IMG/VR virus record: IMGVR_UViG_3300013126_000002
Span: 1 to 63,185 of that record
Reading direction: 5' to 3' (one strand)
Length of the DNA stretch: 63,185 nt
Origin: a virus
Lineage: Duplodnaviria; Caudoviricetes
Each line of letters opens with the position of its first letter. Within the stretch, counting starts at the first letter, position 1. Position numbers and translations under genes: made by a program. Below, one piece after another: positions 8,956 to 19,410 of this stretch. The notes under the pieces were generated by a model. That model was not told the DNA's origin. It saw only the letters and a program-made list of their open reading frames with translations, and searched no databases.

Positions 8956-11183
8956 TACGCAGCCCCTATAAACACGCTATTCACTGATTCGCCAGTATAC
9001 GCGCCAATCTTGGAAATGTAATTACAGAATGTCTCACCGCCAACGGCGCTGGCCGTAGCGAAATTCACTGGTGTAGAAAATGGAAAACTGCGCGATGGGG
9101 CGATCTGGTTGTATGACCAGTTGACCGGAACAGGCACCGTGCCACCGTACCCAATGTAGTAATTGGTAGGGTCAGCTTGCGTAGACTCGGTGCCGGGATA
9201 CGTCGGTGTATTGACGATACTCTCCCCCGGAGACGTGGCCGCAGTCATAAACTCAAATATAGGGCTTCCACCAGCGGGGCAGTTCACCTTGACTTTGTAG
9301 CGGGCTTCGCTTACCGCCGTAGTGAGTGTACGAACCGCGATCACGCGCGAAGTCTCCATCCCGCGATTGCCGATAAACACCCCAGAGCAGTCGTTCATTG
9401 GGATGATTACAATCGCGCGTTCCCGCTCAGTTCCGCTGCCCAATAGGTCGAATGTGGACCACCCTTCTGCCACAGTTACCCATTCTGTATCGAAATTCGG
9501 GCAGGAATATCCTAGCCCGTTGATATAGTCATTATAGTCAGTGATGAACTGATTGTACCCCGTCACTTCTTTCAGGTAGTCCGTCGGTGGTGCTGGCTCT
9601 CTGCCTGTAGTGCGCTTATCGTACTGCTCGTCTCGTATCCCCCAGTCTTGGGAGTTGCCGCTGGTTAGCGACTTGTTCAGGCTTGGAAACACCTGCCCCC
9701 CTACCGATATAACGCCTTCGTGCCCACCCGCGTACTGAATATCATGCGCGTGCCCATTCCCAGCCAACGTCCATACGTAGTTACCAGCCCATTGAAACAC
9801 CGGGTCCACAACAGTATCCCTGTACCCAGCGAATTCGCTGGCTTCAATAGCTATTACCTTCAGCGTGTCGGACTTATCGTAGAAGCAGTACAACTCCCCG
9901 CTGCCTTGGCTGACTATGGAAGTGTTCAAGTCTTGAAACAGCACTAGCTGGTTGGACGTATAGTCGGGAATCCAGATATTCTGGAACGAAAACTCAGTCA
10001 TCCACGCGCCTTTGTATTGCGCGTCAACGGAAATAGTCCACCGTGCCGATTCTTCCTGTATCGGCGTAGATGCCGACGGGGCAAACTCGATGGAGTCCCT
10101 ATGCAGGTTTATAGTTACGCGGGTGGACTCGTTCACACTTGTAGGCCCGCTACCGCTACCCTCCAGCATGACAATCGACGCCTTATCCCCACCCCATGTG
10201 AACGACCATCCATACGCTACCGATGATCCATGCGTAGCCGGAATGCCGGTATCGCGCGTAAACCTGAATTCAGAGTCGATGGTAATGTCGGCCAGAACAT
10301 AGGCCTCCGCTATGGCCTTGTCTTCCCGCGACAGTCCAGCATTCTTCAACCATGCAATGATGTTCTTGCCGCACGGGGTCGGCGTCATGCGGGTAATCTG
10401 GACTTTGTAGTTGCCGTCCTTGAAGATGTAGACGAGCCAGTAATTCCCGTCGTCGTCGGTGTAGATGCCGTGGCTATTGGCTGAAGTGTTCAGCAGTGAG
10501 GTGTTCCCGCTGGTGGTGGATACCCGGATGCCCGGAACCCCGCTAAACGACACGGGTTGCCACCGCCGCGTACCTTTGAACGTGGCCTGCGAAGCGTACA
10601 GTGACTGAATGAACAGCCTGAGCTTGCCGCTGTACATCGACGGAGGGCACTGCCCCAGCGCTTCTTTGCTGGTACGAAACTGCTCCATCTTTTCATTGAT
10701 CACGGCCTGACTTGTGCCGGGCGAAAACGTAGGCTTGGAGAACTCCGGAATCGCCGTGCCGCTAGGGTATGGAGCAGAAGACGGACGATCATCACCAAGC
10801 TCTGGAACAAGCCCGGATTCGCCAACCGTAATGCTTCCCCACACGGTATTGCCGGTTAGATGTGCAGCTTCGGTATACAGCAGGGGTGACTCGTACCGAA
10901 GTACGTTCTCAGGTGCGTAGATACCCAGCCGGAGAAGGCCGTGATAGGACAGCAGCGAACAGCCGCCACCGGCCTCGATGGAAACCCAATTTCGTGTGTG
11001 GTTGGTCGCTGTGGCGTGGATGTGGACCTTCACATCGGCGCTGACCATAAAGGTCTTGTCCAAAAACGGAAGGCCAAGAGTAACGCACTGACCAATTAGC
11101 CAGTTGCATTGATTCTTGGCCCATCCAACGTACGTAGCCGCTTTGGCTGTATCCCCGAACAGGCGGACCTGTACGTTCGCCAT
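8955..11183 (-). CDS. Putative tail/structural protein
   Basis: 742-aa ORF with overlapping start/stop in the late operon. Confidence 0.55.
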   Translation of the reverse strand: MANVQVRLFGDTAKAATYVGWAKNQCNWLIGQCVTLGLPFLDKTFMVSADVKVHIHATATNHTRNWVSIEAGGGCSLLSYHGLLRLGIYAPENVLRYESPLLYTEAAHLTGNTVWGSITVGESGLVPELGDDRPSSAPYPSGTAIPEFSKPTFSPGTSQAVINEKMEQFRTSKEALGQCPPSMYSGKLRLFIQSLYASQATFKGTRRWQPVSFSGVPGIRVSTTSGNTSLLNTSANSHGIYTDDDGNYWLVYIFKDGNYKVQITRMTPTPCGKNIIAWLKNAGLSREDKAIAEAYVLADITIDSEFRFTRDTGIPATHGSSVAYGWSFTWGGDKASIVMLEGSGSGPTSVNESTRVTINLHRDSIEFAPSASTPIQEESARWTISVDAQYKGAWMTEFSFQNIWIPDYTSNQLVLFQDLNTSIVSQGSGELYCFYDKSDTLKVIAIEASEFAGYRDTVVDPVFQWAGNYVWTLAGNGHAHDIQYAGGHEGVISVGGQVFPSLNKSLTSGNSQDWGIRDEQYDKRTTGREPAPPTDYLKEVTGYNQFITDYNDYINGLGYSCPNFDTEWVTVAEGWSTFDLLGSGTERERAIVIIPMNDCSGVFIGNRGMETSRVIAVRTLTTAVSEARYKVKVNCPAGGSPIFEFMTAATSPGESIVNTPTYPGTESTQADPTNYYIGYGGTVPVPVNWSYNQIAPSRSFPFSTPVNFATASAVGGETFCNYISKIGAYTGESVNSVFIGAA

Positions 11184-11184
11184 A

Positions 11185-11736
11185 TTAGGTCGATGCGGCT
11201 GCGATAGTGTAGGTAATCAGCAGTTGGTCGCCGTTTTGGACGGAACGCGCAGATGCAAAACGTGCGGCTGCCATCAGCGTACCAGCACCGGTAGAACCCT
11301 TGGTAGACACGGACGCCAAGAATGCACCGTAGATCGTCTTGGTGGCATTGATGGAGAACGTAGCCTTGCTGGCGCTGTTGGTGATGGACTGGCCCGACGG
11401 GGCTGCTTCCACGTATTCCTGACGACCGGCTTCGGTGTAGGCTGTACACTCGGTAGCGACAGTAGCGAAGCCACCGGCACCAGCGTGAACGTCAGCGGCC
11501 ACGGGGGTGTAGTTGCCTTCAAACAGGCCGACATACCATGTCGTGACTTGCGTACCGGCGTTGAAAACAGCGCCGAGAATGTGGTTCAGACCTTCGTTGA
11601 CGATGAGATTGGCGTCTTCCCACACATCAACCACTTTGCCGTCACGGACGAGTTCAAACGCGAACTTACCGCCGACCTTGATACTTCCGTTGCTCATATC
11701 GTTCATGTCGAACTCCTTATCCAAATGACCTGACAA
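11185..11736 (-). CDS. Virion structural protein (tail-associated)
   Basis: NLIVNEGLNHIL and GDQLLITYT motifs; the start may be slightly downstream. Confidence 0.6.
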   Translation of the reverse strand: MSGHLDKEFDMNDMSNGSIKVGGKFAFELVRDGKVVDVWEDANLIVNEGLNHILGAVFNAGTQVTTWYVGLFEGNYTPVAADVHAGAGGFATVATECTAYTEAGRQEYVEAAPSGQSITNSASKATFSINATKTIYGAFLASVSTKGSTGAGTLMAAARFASARSVQNGDQLLITYTIAAAST

Positions 11737-13015
11737 CTTCCGCTTCTACGTAATCGGTAGCTTGCAGAGAGTTAGCTTCCGTCCCACCTTGCACTGCACC
11801 AATCAACTGCCGCACACTGTCGTGTTCGCGGAACAGCGCCGCCCCAGACTCATACGTCTGCGATGGTATCACATTTCCTTCCATGTGATTGACGGCCTTC
11901 CCGCCAGCTCCGCCAACGCACCAGCCGCGTGTAGAAAGCCACGCAACGTCGGTAGAATTGGGGATGTTGATGCCTGTGCCGGGGGTAACTGCGTAAGGGA
12001 ATACCTGCGTACGAATATACTTGCCCGGCTCATCCGCGTCACCGCCTGAGAACCAGTACGTAGCTTCGGAATCCGCGATGTACAACCCGTCAGGAACCGC
12101 CTTGATCATTGTGACCGGCGATTCAAACGAGTAGAAATTCTTGCTGAGTTCGGTCAGCCTGTATCGAAGCGCCGACGTGAAGTACACGAAGTTGCCTGAC
12201 GCGCCGAAAATGCGGCCCTTATGGTACTCAAGCATACCGCACGGCGGGAACGGGTACTGGTACCACGACCTCAGTGGGATGCTCAGCGTAGCGCTGGGCA
12301 GGATCGTAAGCGACGTAGTACCGATGGGGTATTCCCCGTACAGATACTCAACCTCGCCATTCTGATACGTCACGTACACGCGCACGCGCGTGATGTGGGC
12401 GTGCGGGGCTACAGCAGGGATGCCGGTGACAAGGATCGATCCGCCATCGGGCACAACCACCAGCTCGGAAGAATCCACGCCGCCTTCTTCGCCAGTGTTC
12501 AATACGTAAGTGACAGCGACTTGGTAAGTGCCACCGGGCAGGCCGCCGCCAGCTACGCCCAGCGCATTGACGACAGGGCCAACGGGGATACCCCAGATGG
12601 ACATGGTGCCGTCTTCGCGGATGGTGCCAGTAACTGTGGCTGCATCAGACCAATATGTCGTGCCGTTGACTTCAACAAAGGAAGGCTTGGTGGCTGTATT
12701 CAAGCCAACTGTCAGCGTTGACGCTGTGTAGTCGGCATTCAATTGCTTCAGCTCCGCACCTTCGGCAAACAGCGTGCGCCCGGCCCCGCGCCACAGCCCG
12801 CGCACGTTGGTTCCTGCGTAGCGTTGCACGCGGCCATCGCGGCGGCGAACCTTGCCAGCGTCATTGATATCCACGTTCACTGCGTCACGCAGCGTGCCGT
12901 CAGGCAGCGCGTAGTCAGGCATGACGTTGTTCATACCCTTCGGCCAGCCATCCGTGCGGATAGGCTCGACCGGTGCCGCAGATGCTGCGGAGTTCGGGTC
13001 TTTCAGGATAGCCAT
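11717..13015 (-). CDS. Putative tail nozzle/stabilisation protein (beta-propeller-like)
   Basis: 432 aa directly after the adaptor; GMNN..PD..LP..LRDAVNVD N-terminus typical of podophage nozzles. Confidence 0.55.
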   Translation of the reverse strand: MAILKDPNSAASAAPVEPIRTDGWPKGMNNVMPDYALPDGTLRDAVNVDINDAGKVRRRDGRVQRYAGTNVRGLWRGAGRTLFAEGAELKQLNADYTASTLTVGLNTATKPSFVEVNGTTYWSDAATVTGTIREDGTMSIWGIPVGPVVNALGVAGGGLPGGTYQVAVTYVLNTGEEGGVDSSELVVVPDGGSILVTGIPAVAPHAHITRVRVYVTYQNGEVEYLYGEYPIGTTSLTILPSATLSIPLRSWYQYPFPPCGMLEYHKGRIFGASGNFVYFTSALRYRLTELSKNFYSFESPVTMIKAVPDGLYIADSEATYWFSGGDADEPGKYIRTQVFPYAVTPGTGINIPNSTDVAWLSTRGWCVGGAGGKAVNHMEGNVIPSQTYESGAALFREHDSVRQLIGAVQGGTEANSLQATDYVEAEVVRSFG

Positions 13016-13782
13016 TAGTTGCTGTTCCTAGCCCAGCTAAACCCGGAGCGACCGAACGCAAAGCGGGTGGAGGAGAACATCTTGCGTTTGGCTTCCTGCT
13101 CGGCTTCTTCCAGCACGGTTTCAAACGCCTTCTTGAACTTCTCGGCCTTGGCTTCGGCGCTGCCATCGACATCATGGTTGGACAAGGCGCGGTACGCGGC
13201 CCAGCCCAGCATATCGAGATGGTAGTCTTCCGGAATCTCCGGCTCATCGGCCAGATTAGCCAACGTGACGTTACCGACTGGTAGCCGGGCAACGCGCATG
13301 TAGATGACCTTATCCAGCTCATCATCGCTCGGCGTAGGATACACGCGCAGGTTGATCTGCGTCTGCGAGCCAATGGTCACGGCTTCGTCAGTGGTGTATG
13401 CACGGGGGCGTCCGGGCTGGGACGTGGATAGCTGGTTCACATCCCACATCAGCGGGTCTGTGTACGGCGTCACATTGAGATCGTCATGTGCTGCGTGAGG
13501 CAGGTCGTTCTCGTCAACGTCGTATTTAGCGGAAATGACTGCAAGCACCACGGGGTCCAGCTCATAGATGGACTGGCCGGGCACAAGGATAACTTGGGTG
13601 TATGCGGCAGTAATGTTGTCCCGCAACAGCAGGGAGCGACGGGCGAAGCGGCGGTAGGCATCGTTGATGTACCGCATGAGCGTGTCATCGCTCCAGAGAA
13701 AATCGTTAGGGCCGGATACGATATCCGACCCGTCACGGAGCATATTGAGCCTCAACTCATCCAGCAATTCCTGAAATGTCAA
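13015..13782 (-). CDS. Head-tail adaptor protein
   Basis: WSDDTLMRYINDA, VYPTP and EPEIPEDYH..L..WA motifs. Confidence 0.7.
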   Translation of the reverse strand: MTFQELLDELRLNMLRDGSDIVSGPNDFLWSDDTLMRYINDAYRRFARRSLLLRDNITAAYTQVILVPGQSIYELDPVVLAVISAKYDVDENDLPHAAHDDLNVTPYTDPLMWDVNQLSTSQPGRPRAYTTDEAVTIGSQTQINLRVYPTPSDDELDKVIYMRVARLPVGNVTLANLADEPEIPEDYHLDMLGWAAYRALSNHDVDGSAEAKAEKFKKAFETVLEEAEQEAKRKMFSSTRFAFGRSGFSWARNSN

Positions 13783-13803
13783 TTGAGGCTCCTTGCGATA
13801 TGG

Positions 13804-14130
13804 TTAAGCGATTGTACGCTCAAGAACTCGGTACGGGAAGCGCAGCTTCTTGCGGAAACCAGTCACCTGATCACCGTTGACGATGGGCACATCCTGAATC
13901 GCGTCATCCAGCACGCTCAGCAGGGATTCCGGAACATCGGCAGGCTCACCGGGACGTAAAACATACCCAATGCCATTGATGCCAAAAAACTGCCCAGTCG
14001 GCGGGATTTCGGGGGATTCCTCCAGAATGATCTTCACGCGACGTTCGGCTTGTTGCGTCTTCGCCTGCGCCACTGAGTCCAGTCCGTCCGATACCGGAAC
14101 TGCTTTGTCTACCTTGATTTCGTTCGCCAC
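13804..14130 (-). CDS. Conserved hypothetical head-region protein
   Basis: GGAGG RBS; FGINGIGYVL..GE..DVPE motif. Confidence 0.65.
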   Translation of the reverse strand: MANEIKVDKAVPVSDGLDSVAQAKTQQAERRVKIILEESPEIPPTGQFFGINGIGYVLRPGEPADVPESLLSVLDDAIQDVPIVNGDQVTGFRKKLRFPYRVLERTIA

Positions 14131-14141
14131 TTAATGCCTCC

Positions 14142-14360
14142 TTAGACTGCGCGAAACCGGCCAATAACATCAGCCACAGCTTGCGTAGTTTCCACTTCCA
14201 CATCTGCCGGATACGTATATCCGACCCCATTGATGCAACAAGAAACGGTCTTGTTGCCCTGCCCGTCAAACACGACCTTGATGGTATCGCTGGCCTGCTT
14301 GGGGACTTCCACAGCCTGCACGTCGTCAACAACGGCGGGCTTTTTCTTCGGAGTAGCCAC
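14142..14360 (-). CDS. Hypothetical protein (probable paralogue of 13804..14130)
   Basis: CINGVGYTYP..VE motif; GTG start overlapping the upstream stop. Confidence 0.6.
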   Translation of the reverse strand: MATPKKKPAVVDDVQAVEVPKQASDTIKVVFDGQGNKTVSCCINGVGYTYPADVEVETTQAVADVIGRFRAV

Positions 14361-14572
14361 TAGTCTTCCTCCTTGCGTTTACCGATGGCGATTTCAAAGG
14401 CGGTAGAAAACTCGTCCTTTTCCTCGACCGGCTTCAGTTTAGGCAGCTCAGCCTGAATCTTGGCTACAGCTTCGGCTTCGCTGTTGTACAGGTACTCTTT
14501 CCATTCTGTGCCATAAGCCAGATAGACTTCATACCCATTCTCGGCTTTCTCGACTTTTACTACGCAACTCAT
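14360..14572 (-). CDS. Hypothetical protein
   Basis: 70 aa; VKVEKAENGYEV N-terminus common in phage small proteins. Confidence 0.6.
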   Translation of the reverse strand: MSCVVKVEKAENGYEVYLAYGTEWKEYLYNSEAEAVAKIQAELPKLKPVEEKDEFSTAFEIAIGKRKEED

Positions 14573-14574
14573 GT

Positions 14575-14598
14575 TAAGAACGGGGGCCGAAGCCCCCT
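14575..14598 (-). terminator. Hairpin GGGGGC-TTCG-GCCCCC (terminator-like)
   Basis: Stem with UUCG loop after the decoration gene; short U-tract. Confidence 0.55.
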
Positions 14599-14603
14599 AT
14601 TCC

Positions 14604-14942
14604 TTAGCCTTGAGCGACCCAAGAAAGTGCTTGGGCGTTCACAGCAGCAGCGGCAGAGATCAGGAACGTGCCGACAGCGCCGTTAGCGGTGGTGCCATCG
14701 CCGATCAGGATCGCGCTGGTTGCGTCAGCCGTGGTAGTACCGGCAGTCACGGTCTTGATGGTGATGGTGTTACCCATACCTTCAAACTTTTCCCAGACGA
14801 TCACGCCAGTGGTGTTGAACACCTTGATCCAGCGGGGGACAAAACCCACAGTAACGGTGGTGGCAGTGCCGTCACCAGTGAAAGAACCAGACGCGAAGTT
14901 TACAACTCCCATCTGCTGAGAAGTGGCGGATACAGAGGCCAT
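14604..14942 (-). CDS. Putative head decoration/minor capsid protein
   Basis: Directly after the MCP; G/T-rich; TVGFVPRWIKV. Confidence 0.55.
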   Translation of the reverse strand: MASVSATSQQMGVVNFASGSFTGDGTATTVTVGFVPRWIKVFNTTGVIVWEKFEGMGNTITIKTVTAGTTTADATSAILIGDGTTANGAVGTFLISAAAAVNAQALSWVAQG

Positions 14943-14964
14943 GATATTTCCTTTCTATTCAGAT

Positions 14965-14988
14965 TTCAGAAGGGGGCCGAAGCCCCCA
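14965..14988 (-). terminator. Hairpin after major capsid gene
   Basis: Same GGGGGC-TTCG-GCCCCC stem-loop. Confidence 0.55.
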
Positions 14989-14992
14989 TTCA

Positions 14993-16066
14993 TTAGGCGG
15001 TAGCGCCAACTTCCAGACGAACCATCCATGCGTCGTTCAGGATGATTGCGTTCTGCCAAGCCTTCCAGCCCACGGTGCCACGCTGAGCCAGCGGGTCGCC
15101 AGCGACCGGCTTCGGATTCACCACCATCGGGGTGATGGAGTCCTTGCCCTTCAGCGGGACGATACCGTATGCGTCACGGCCAAACACCAGCACCGGATAC
15201 ACGTCGATGTTACCACCGGTAGCACGCAGGCCGGTTGCGCCGACTGCTGCGCCTTCGCCGTAGAACGGGGTGCAAACGGTAGTGACGAGGTAGCGAACTT
15301 GCTCGACAGAGCCGATTTCGCCTTCGTACGGGGTGGTATGGGGGCCGTAATCAGCAACCGGCTTGAAGCCCGGCAGGTTACGGATGTCGCTTTCCAGATC
15401 GGGGTGGGTGACAGCGATGTAGCTGGCTTCCACAGACTTGGTGTTGAAGTCCGGGGTGGAGGCAACGACAGTCGTGATCTTCTTGGCGTTCTGACGATTC
15501 AGGATCGTAGATGCCGAGCGGCCCAGAGCGTTGGTCACGGAAGCCGGGGTGGTGGAGCCACCAATCGGCAGTGCAACCAAGTTACGGGTAGCGACGCCAC
15601 CGACGCGCAGGACGTTAGTACCAGCCTTCAGCACGTTGTAGCGGATGGTTTCGATGGTCAGAGCTGCGGACTCGCCCAGAACTTCAGTGGCTTGTTGCAG
15701 AATCTGGTCTTCGTGGGTATCCATGATCACATCGGTGATGGTCATGTAGTCGCCATACTGTTGCAGGGTGACAGTGTAGTCCTGATTAGCCAGCTTACGG
15801 CCAGTCGGGGTCACACCTTCAACCAGCGGAGTGGTGGACAGCGGAACAGACCATGCGTTTGCTGCATTGCCGTCAGCGGCTGCACCGGTAGAACCGGACA
15901 GGAAGTAGCGACGGAACTTGGCGACGCGGGTGCTGTTGTTCGGGATCGGATAGGTCTGACCGAACTTTTCGAAGTACATGTACGGCATACCACGGGTAAG
16001 CAGTTGCTTGACTGCGTACGCTGCGGTACGGGGGGTAATATCACCATAAACGGTTACTGCGGCCAT
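14993..16066 (-). CDS. Major capsid protein (N4-gp56 family)
   Basis: YGDITPRTAAYA, KFRRY, PLVEGVTP, LQQYGD, GEIG and DPLAQRGTVGWK motifs; AAAGGAG RBS. Confidence 0.92.
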   Translation of the reverse strand: MAAVTVYGDITPRTAAYAVKQLLTRGMPYMYFEKFGQTYPIPNNSTRVAKFRRYFLSGSTGAAADGNAANAWSVPLSTTPLVEGVTPTGRKLANQDYTVTLQQYGDYMTITDVIMDTHEDQILQQATEVLGESAALTIETIRYNVLKAGTNVLRVGGVATRNLVALPIGGSTTPASVTNALGRSASTILNRQNAKKITTVVASTPDFNTKSVEASYIAVTHPDLESDIRNLPGFKPVADYGPHTTPYEGEIGSVEQVRYLVTTVCTPFYGEGAAVGATGLRATGGNIDVYPVLVFGRDAYGIVPLKGKDSITPMVVNPKPVAGDPLAQRGTVGWKAWQNAIILNDAWMVRLEVGATA

Positions 16067-16089
16067 GATTGGCTCCTTTCAGTTCAAAA

Positions 16090-16995
16090 TTAACTTTTGC
16101 CGGTCGCCTCCGCCCACGCACCATCATAATCGTTTGCGTCGGTAACGGCAGGTACTTGCGTCCGTTTTGAACTTACTACACTCAGCTTTTGCGCCGCTTG
16201 TTTGGCCTTGGCGGGTGGTTCAGCAGGGGCGGATGGACTACCCGACCCTTGGGTTACTTGAGGCTTGGCTTTACCCGTAGCCTCTTTCCAAATCGTTACG
16301 AGGTCAGCAATTTCTTCTGCTGTGCCTCCCTTAACAATCTCAGAGAATACTTTACCACGGGTTCCGGTCTGTGTGCCAACCCAATCAATGACTTGGGGGC
16401 GAACAGTATCGTAATCTTCGTGGACAGATTTGATAGCTGCTTCATGCGAATCATATTCGCTGGTCTTGTAGTGGTCAACCAGCGGGGAGATCGCCTGCGA
16501 TACTTGGGCGAACACGTACTGGACGGCCTCGTACAAATCCTTACGGCGTTTCAAGGCTTCGGCGCGGCTGATCTCCGGCCAATCCTTCTCATATTCGGTA
16601 AGGAATTTCTGCTCGTCTTCGGTCAGCGCGAACCCGGTTGGGGTTTCAGCAGCAGGTACTTCAGGCTCAGCAGCAGGTGCGGGTGCAGGCGGCTCTGCGG
16701 GCTTAGCGATCTCTTGACGTAACTTCGCCAGCTCTTGAGCGAAGTTCGATTCGCCGGACGATTCTGCCGCACCGTCTCCTTCAGCTTCCGTAGCAGCCGG
16801 TTCCGATTCACCGCCGTCAGTCGCTGCGGCCCCCCCGTCGCCCATTTCACCTTCTGCTTCAGCAGCATTACCGTCCTCCCCGTTGGTAACCGGAGCTACG
16901 TCTGCCGGAGGCGTGCCTTCAGGGGCCACACTTTCGGCAAATGCAGCCGCAAATTCGTCTTCTGGTGCCTGTACTTCATTGTTTTCAGTAGTCAT
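16090..16995 (-). CDS. Capsid scaffolding protein
   Basis: Acidic low-complexity N-terminus and DYDGAWAEA C-terminus, between portal and MCP. Confidence 0.7.
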   Translation of the reverse strand: MTTENNEVQAPEDEFAAAFAESVAPEGTPPADVAPVTNGEDGNAAEAEGEMGDGGAAATDGGESEPAATEAEGDGAAESSGESNFAQELAKLRQEIAKPAEPPAPAPAAEPEVPAAETPTGFALTEDEQKFLTEYEKDWPEISRAEALKRRKDLYEAVQYVFAQVSQAISPLVDHYKTSEYDSHEAAIKSVHEDYDTVRPQVIDWVGTQTGTRGKVFSEIVKGGTAEEIADLVTIWKEATGKAKPQVTQGSGSPSAPAEPPAKAKQAAQKLSVVSSKRTQVPAVTDANDYDGAWAEATGKS

Positions 16996-17012
16996 ATTCC
17001 CGCCTTATACCC

Positions 17013-17270
17013 CTATGATTTTTGGTTGTCAACGCCGAAGCCTTCGTTATGGATGATGTCGAGCATCTTCCTATATCCGTTGGCCTCCCCTTGCAGCCTA
17101 GACACGGTTGCAGCGTCACTAGCTACCAGCAACCTGTCCTTTGCTACTTCTACGCCATATTCCAGCAATTGCTCGATTGCCAGAATGGATGGGTCATTTC
17201 GGAACTGCTGGACCGTTGCCCGTAGGCTTGCCAGCTTCTCCTGAACTGCCTCCCGCTTCTTGTACGCCAC
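17013..17270 (-). CDS. Small protein after portal
   Basis: GTG start with AGGAGG RBS; RLQGEA motif typical of post-portal genes. Confidence 0.6.
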   Translation of the reverse strand: MAYKKREAVQEKLASLRATVQQFRNDPSILAIEQLLEYGVEVAKDRLLVASDAATVSRLQGEANGYRKMLDIIHNEGFGVDNQKS

Positions 17271-19380
17271 TTTCAAGTCCTCCTAACAGTTGGTTGACCA
17301 CCTCCGCAGACTGGGCATCAGCCGCAGCCTGATTCTTGTTGCCCTGCGTAACCGCCTTGAAGGCGTCGGCAAGGGCCGCACGAATTTGTACCCGCATCAT
17401 TTCTTCCTGCTGCGCCGCTGCACGCTGGGCGCTCTGAGCCTGATTCTCCTTGATGCGCTTGGCTTCTTCGCGGGTGACGATGACGTTCTCGGTCAAATCG
17501 CGGGCAGCCGCACGTTCGCGCAACAGCTCGTACCCGTCTACGAAGGCCTTTTCTTCTTCCGACAGGGTTTGCACAAAGGAATCCAATTGCATCCCCCGCA
17601 CTTCCTTCGCCATCAGGCTGGTAGACCCCTTGGCCTGCACTTGGAAGTCGCCCTGAATATGGGGCTTCGGGTTCAACTGCTGGTTGAATGCTACGAGCGA
17701 AGTAATAACCGATTCGGTGAACACATCGAAATTGCGTACCACGTCCTTGAACGGCAGGGCGGCATCGTTACGGATCAGGCTGGCCCCTGCTGCCGTACGG
17801 AACGGCTCGGACGGGGCTTTCTGCATGTCTCCGCCTGTGGCCGGGCCTACGAAGGTCTCGGCATCGGCAAACTGCTGGAACAGGTTAATCACCTGCGTCA
17901 GTTCGGTAATGTGGCTGTCGATCTTGATCTCGCGGATGGCGGGCATGTTGGCGTCTGCGCCGAGCCCTTCCCGATACCACAGCTTGTGCGGGCTGACGCT
18001 ACGCAAGTCCTGATCCATACGGAGCAGGTCGGTGTTCAGCTCAAGGTTGGGGCCACAGACGACCGAGGCGTTGTCCATCATCATCATGGACGCGGCAGTA
18101 ATACTCATCTGGCTGTCGCGCATGATATTGGGCAGGCCGTTGCCAGTCAGGCTGGTATCGTCTTCCTCAAACACGAACTGGTGGTACATGTTGACCTTAT
18201 AGCCGGTATCCAGCTCCACCCACGGGCTAATGTCGGCCTTGATGACCTCATTGTCGAGCATCCAGATGTCTGCCTCGACTTCCTCGTTGCGGAGTTCTTC
18301 CGGCACTTCCACGCCGCACTGAATCAGGTCGTAGGCGCTGATGTAGCCGTACCACTGGATGGCCTCGTACTTGCGCCCCTGCTGGTCGCCGGTATTGAGC
18401 GCAACGCCCATCGACTTCAGCTCGGTCTCGTACGTGCGACGCTTGTAGTTGCCATTGGGCGTCTTGTTCAGATACGCCTTGATGTTCTCCCCAAGGAAGT
18501 CCGACCGGTCGGCCAGCTTGCGAAGCTGGTGGCGGCTGAGGACGTGGCGCTGGAACTGGCCGTCCATCTGGCTGAACGTCTTGGCCGTCATGTCGGGGTA
18601 GTAATCCCATATCGACACGAACTCAAACTGCGGGCGGTAGACCTGCGTAGTCACCGGCTCCCACATCCCCGTCATCGGATTTTGTGTCCATGAGCGCTGC
18701 ATCTGCGTACGTGACATGGGGCCCTTAAGCACGCCAATGCCGAACGTAACGCCGGACTTGATGACCTGTTTGCAGAGGGTAACGTAGGAAATGCTGCGAT
18801 CTCCGCCCAACTCCTCCAACTGGTCGTCAATTTCCAGTTCCAAGTTGCGTCCGCGTTCAGCGGCAAAGCGTATGACCGCTTCCTCGATCTCCTCATCGCC
18901 CATCTCGCCGCCAGTTTCCTCGTACAGCGCGGTGAGTACGCTGTTCATGTCTTCGGGGCTGAGGTTGGGTACGGGGGAGGGCTCGATGCCGTAGTTCTTG
19001 TCGGACTCAGGGAACAGCAGGTTCATCAGCCGTGCGACCATGCTGACGGTCTTCACGCGGGTGACGCGCGGGTAGGTCTTGGCTTTGTTGGGGTCCAGCT
19101 TGGCTTCGACTTCGGGGTCATGCTGGCCGAGGTACTGGCGCAGGTTCCGCATCCATTTGATTTCCGCGATGCGGCGTTCGCGTTCATACGTTTCGAAGCG
19201 TTGGTACAGTTTCAGGCCGAGAGTCCGGAGTTTTTCCGGATCGAGGGCGCGTGCTGCGCTCTGTACGGCCTGTTCTCCTGTCATTTCGGGTGGGGCCACA
19301 CCGGCACCTGTGGCGAGCGGGGAGGCAGTGCCGGGGGCCCCATTGATCGGGACGTTAGGGTCTAAGGGTTGTTGTGCCAT
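17194..19380 (-). CDS. Portal protein
   Basis: 728 aa after terminase; GIGVLKGP, IWDYYPD and G.GLP.IMRDSQ motifs; coiled-coil C-terminus. Confidence 0.85.
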   Translation of the reverse strand: MAQQPLDPNVPINGAPGTASPLATGAGVAPPEMTGEQAVQSAARALDPEKLRTLGLKLYQRFETYERERRIAEIKWMRNLRQYLGQHDPEVEAKLDPNKAKTYPRVTRVKTVSMVARLMNLLFPESDKNYGIEPSPVPNLSPEDMNSVLTALYEETGGEMGDEEIEEAVIRFAAERGRNLELEIDDQLEELGGDRSISYVTLCKQVIKSGVTFGIGVLKGPMSRTQMQRSWTQNPMTGMWEPVTTQVYRPQFEFVSIWDYYPDMTAKTFSQMDGQFQRHVLSRHQLRKLADRSDFLGENIKAYLNKTPNGNYKRRTYETELKSMGVALNTGDQQGRKYEAIQWYGYISAYDLIQCGVEVPEELRNEEVEADIWMLDNEVIKADISPWVELDTGYKVNMYHQFVFEEDDTSLTGNGLPNIMRDSQMSITAASMMMMDNASVVCGPNLELNTDLLRMDQDLRSVSPHKLWYREGLGADANMPAIREIKIDSHITELTQVINLFQQFADAETFVGPATGGDMQKAPSEPFRTAAGASLIRNDAALPFKDVVRNFDVFTESVITSLVAFNQQLNPKPHIQGDFQVQAKGSTSLMAKEVRGMQLDSFVQTLSEEEKAFVDGYELLRERAAARDLTENVIVTREEAKRIKENQAQSAQRAAAQQEEMMRVQIRAALADAFKAVTQGNKNQAAADAQSAEVVNQLLGGLESGVQEAGGSSGEAGKPTGNGPAVPK

Positions 19381-19410
19381 AGGTCGCTCCTAGCGAAGAT
19401 GCCGTTCACT

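Noticed and set aside
14993-16066. Classification as a true N4-like phage
   Set aside because: The capsid is N4-gp56-like, but no virion RNA polymerase or RNAP II motifs were recognised and the early promoters are sigma70-type
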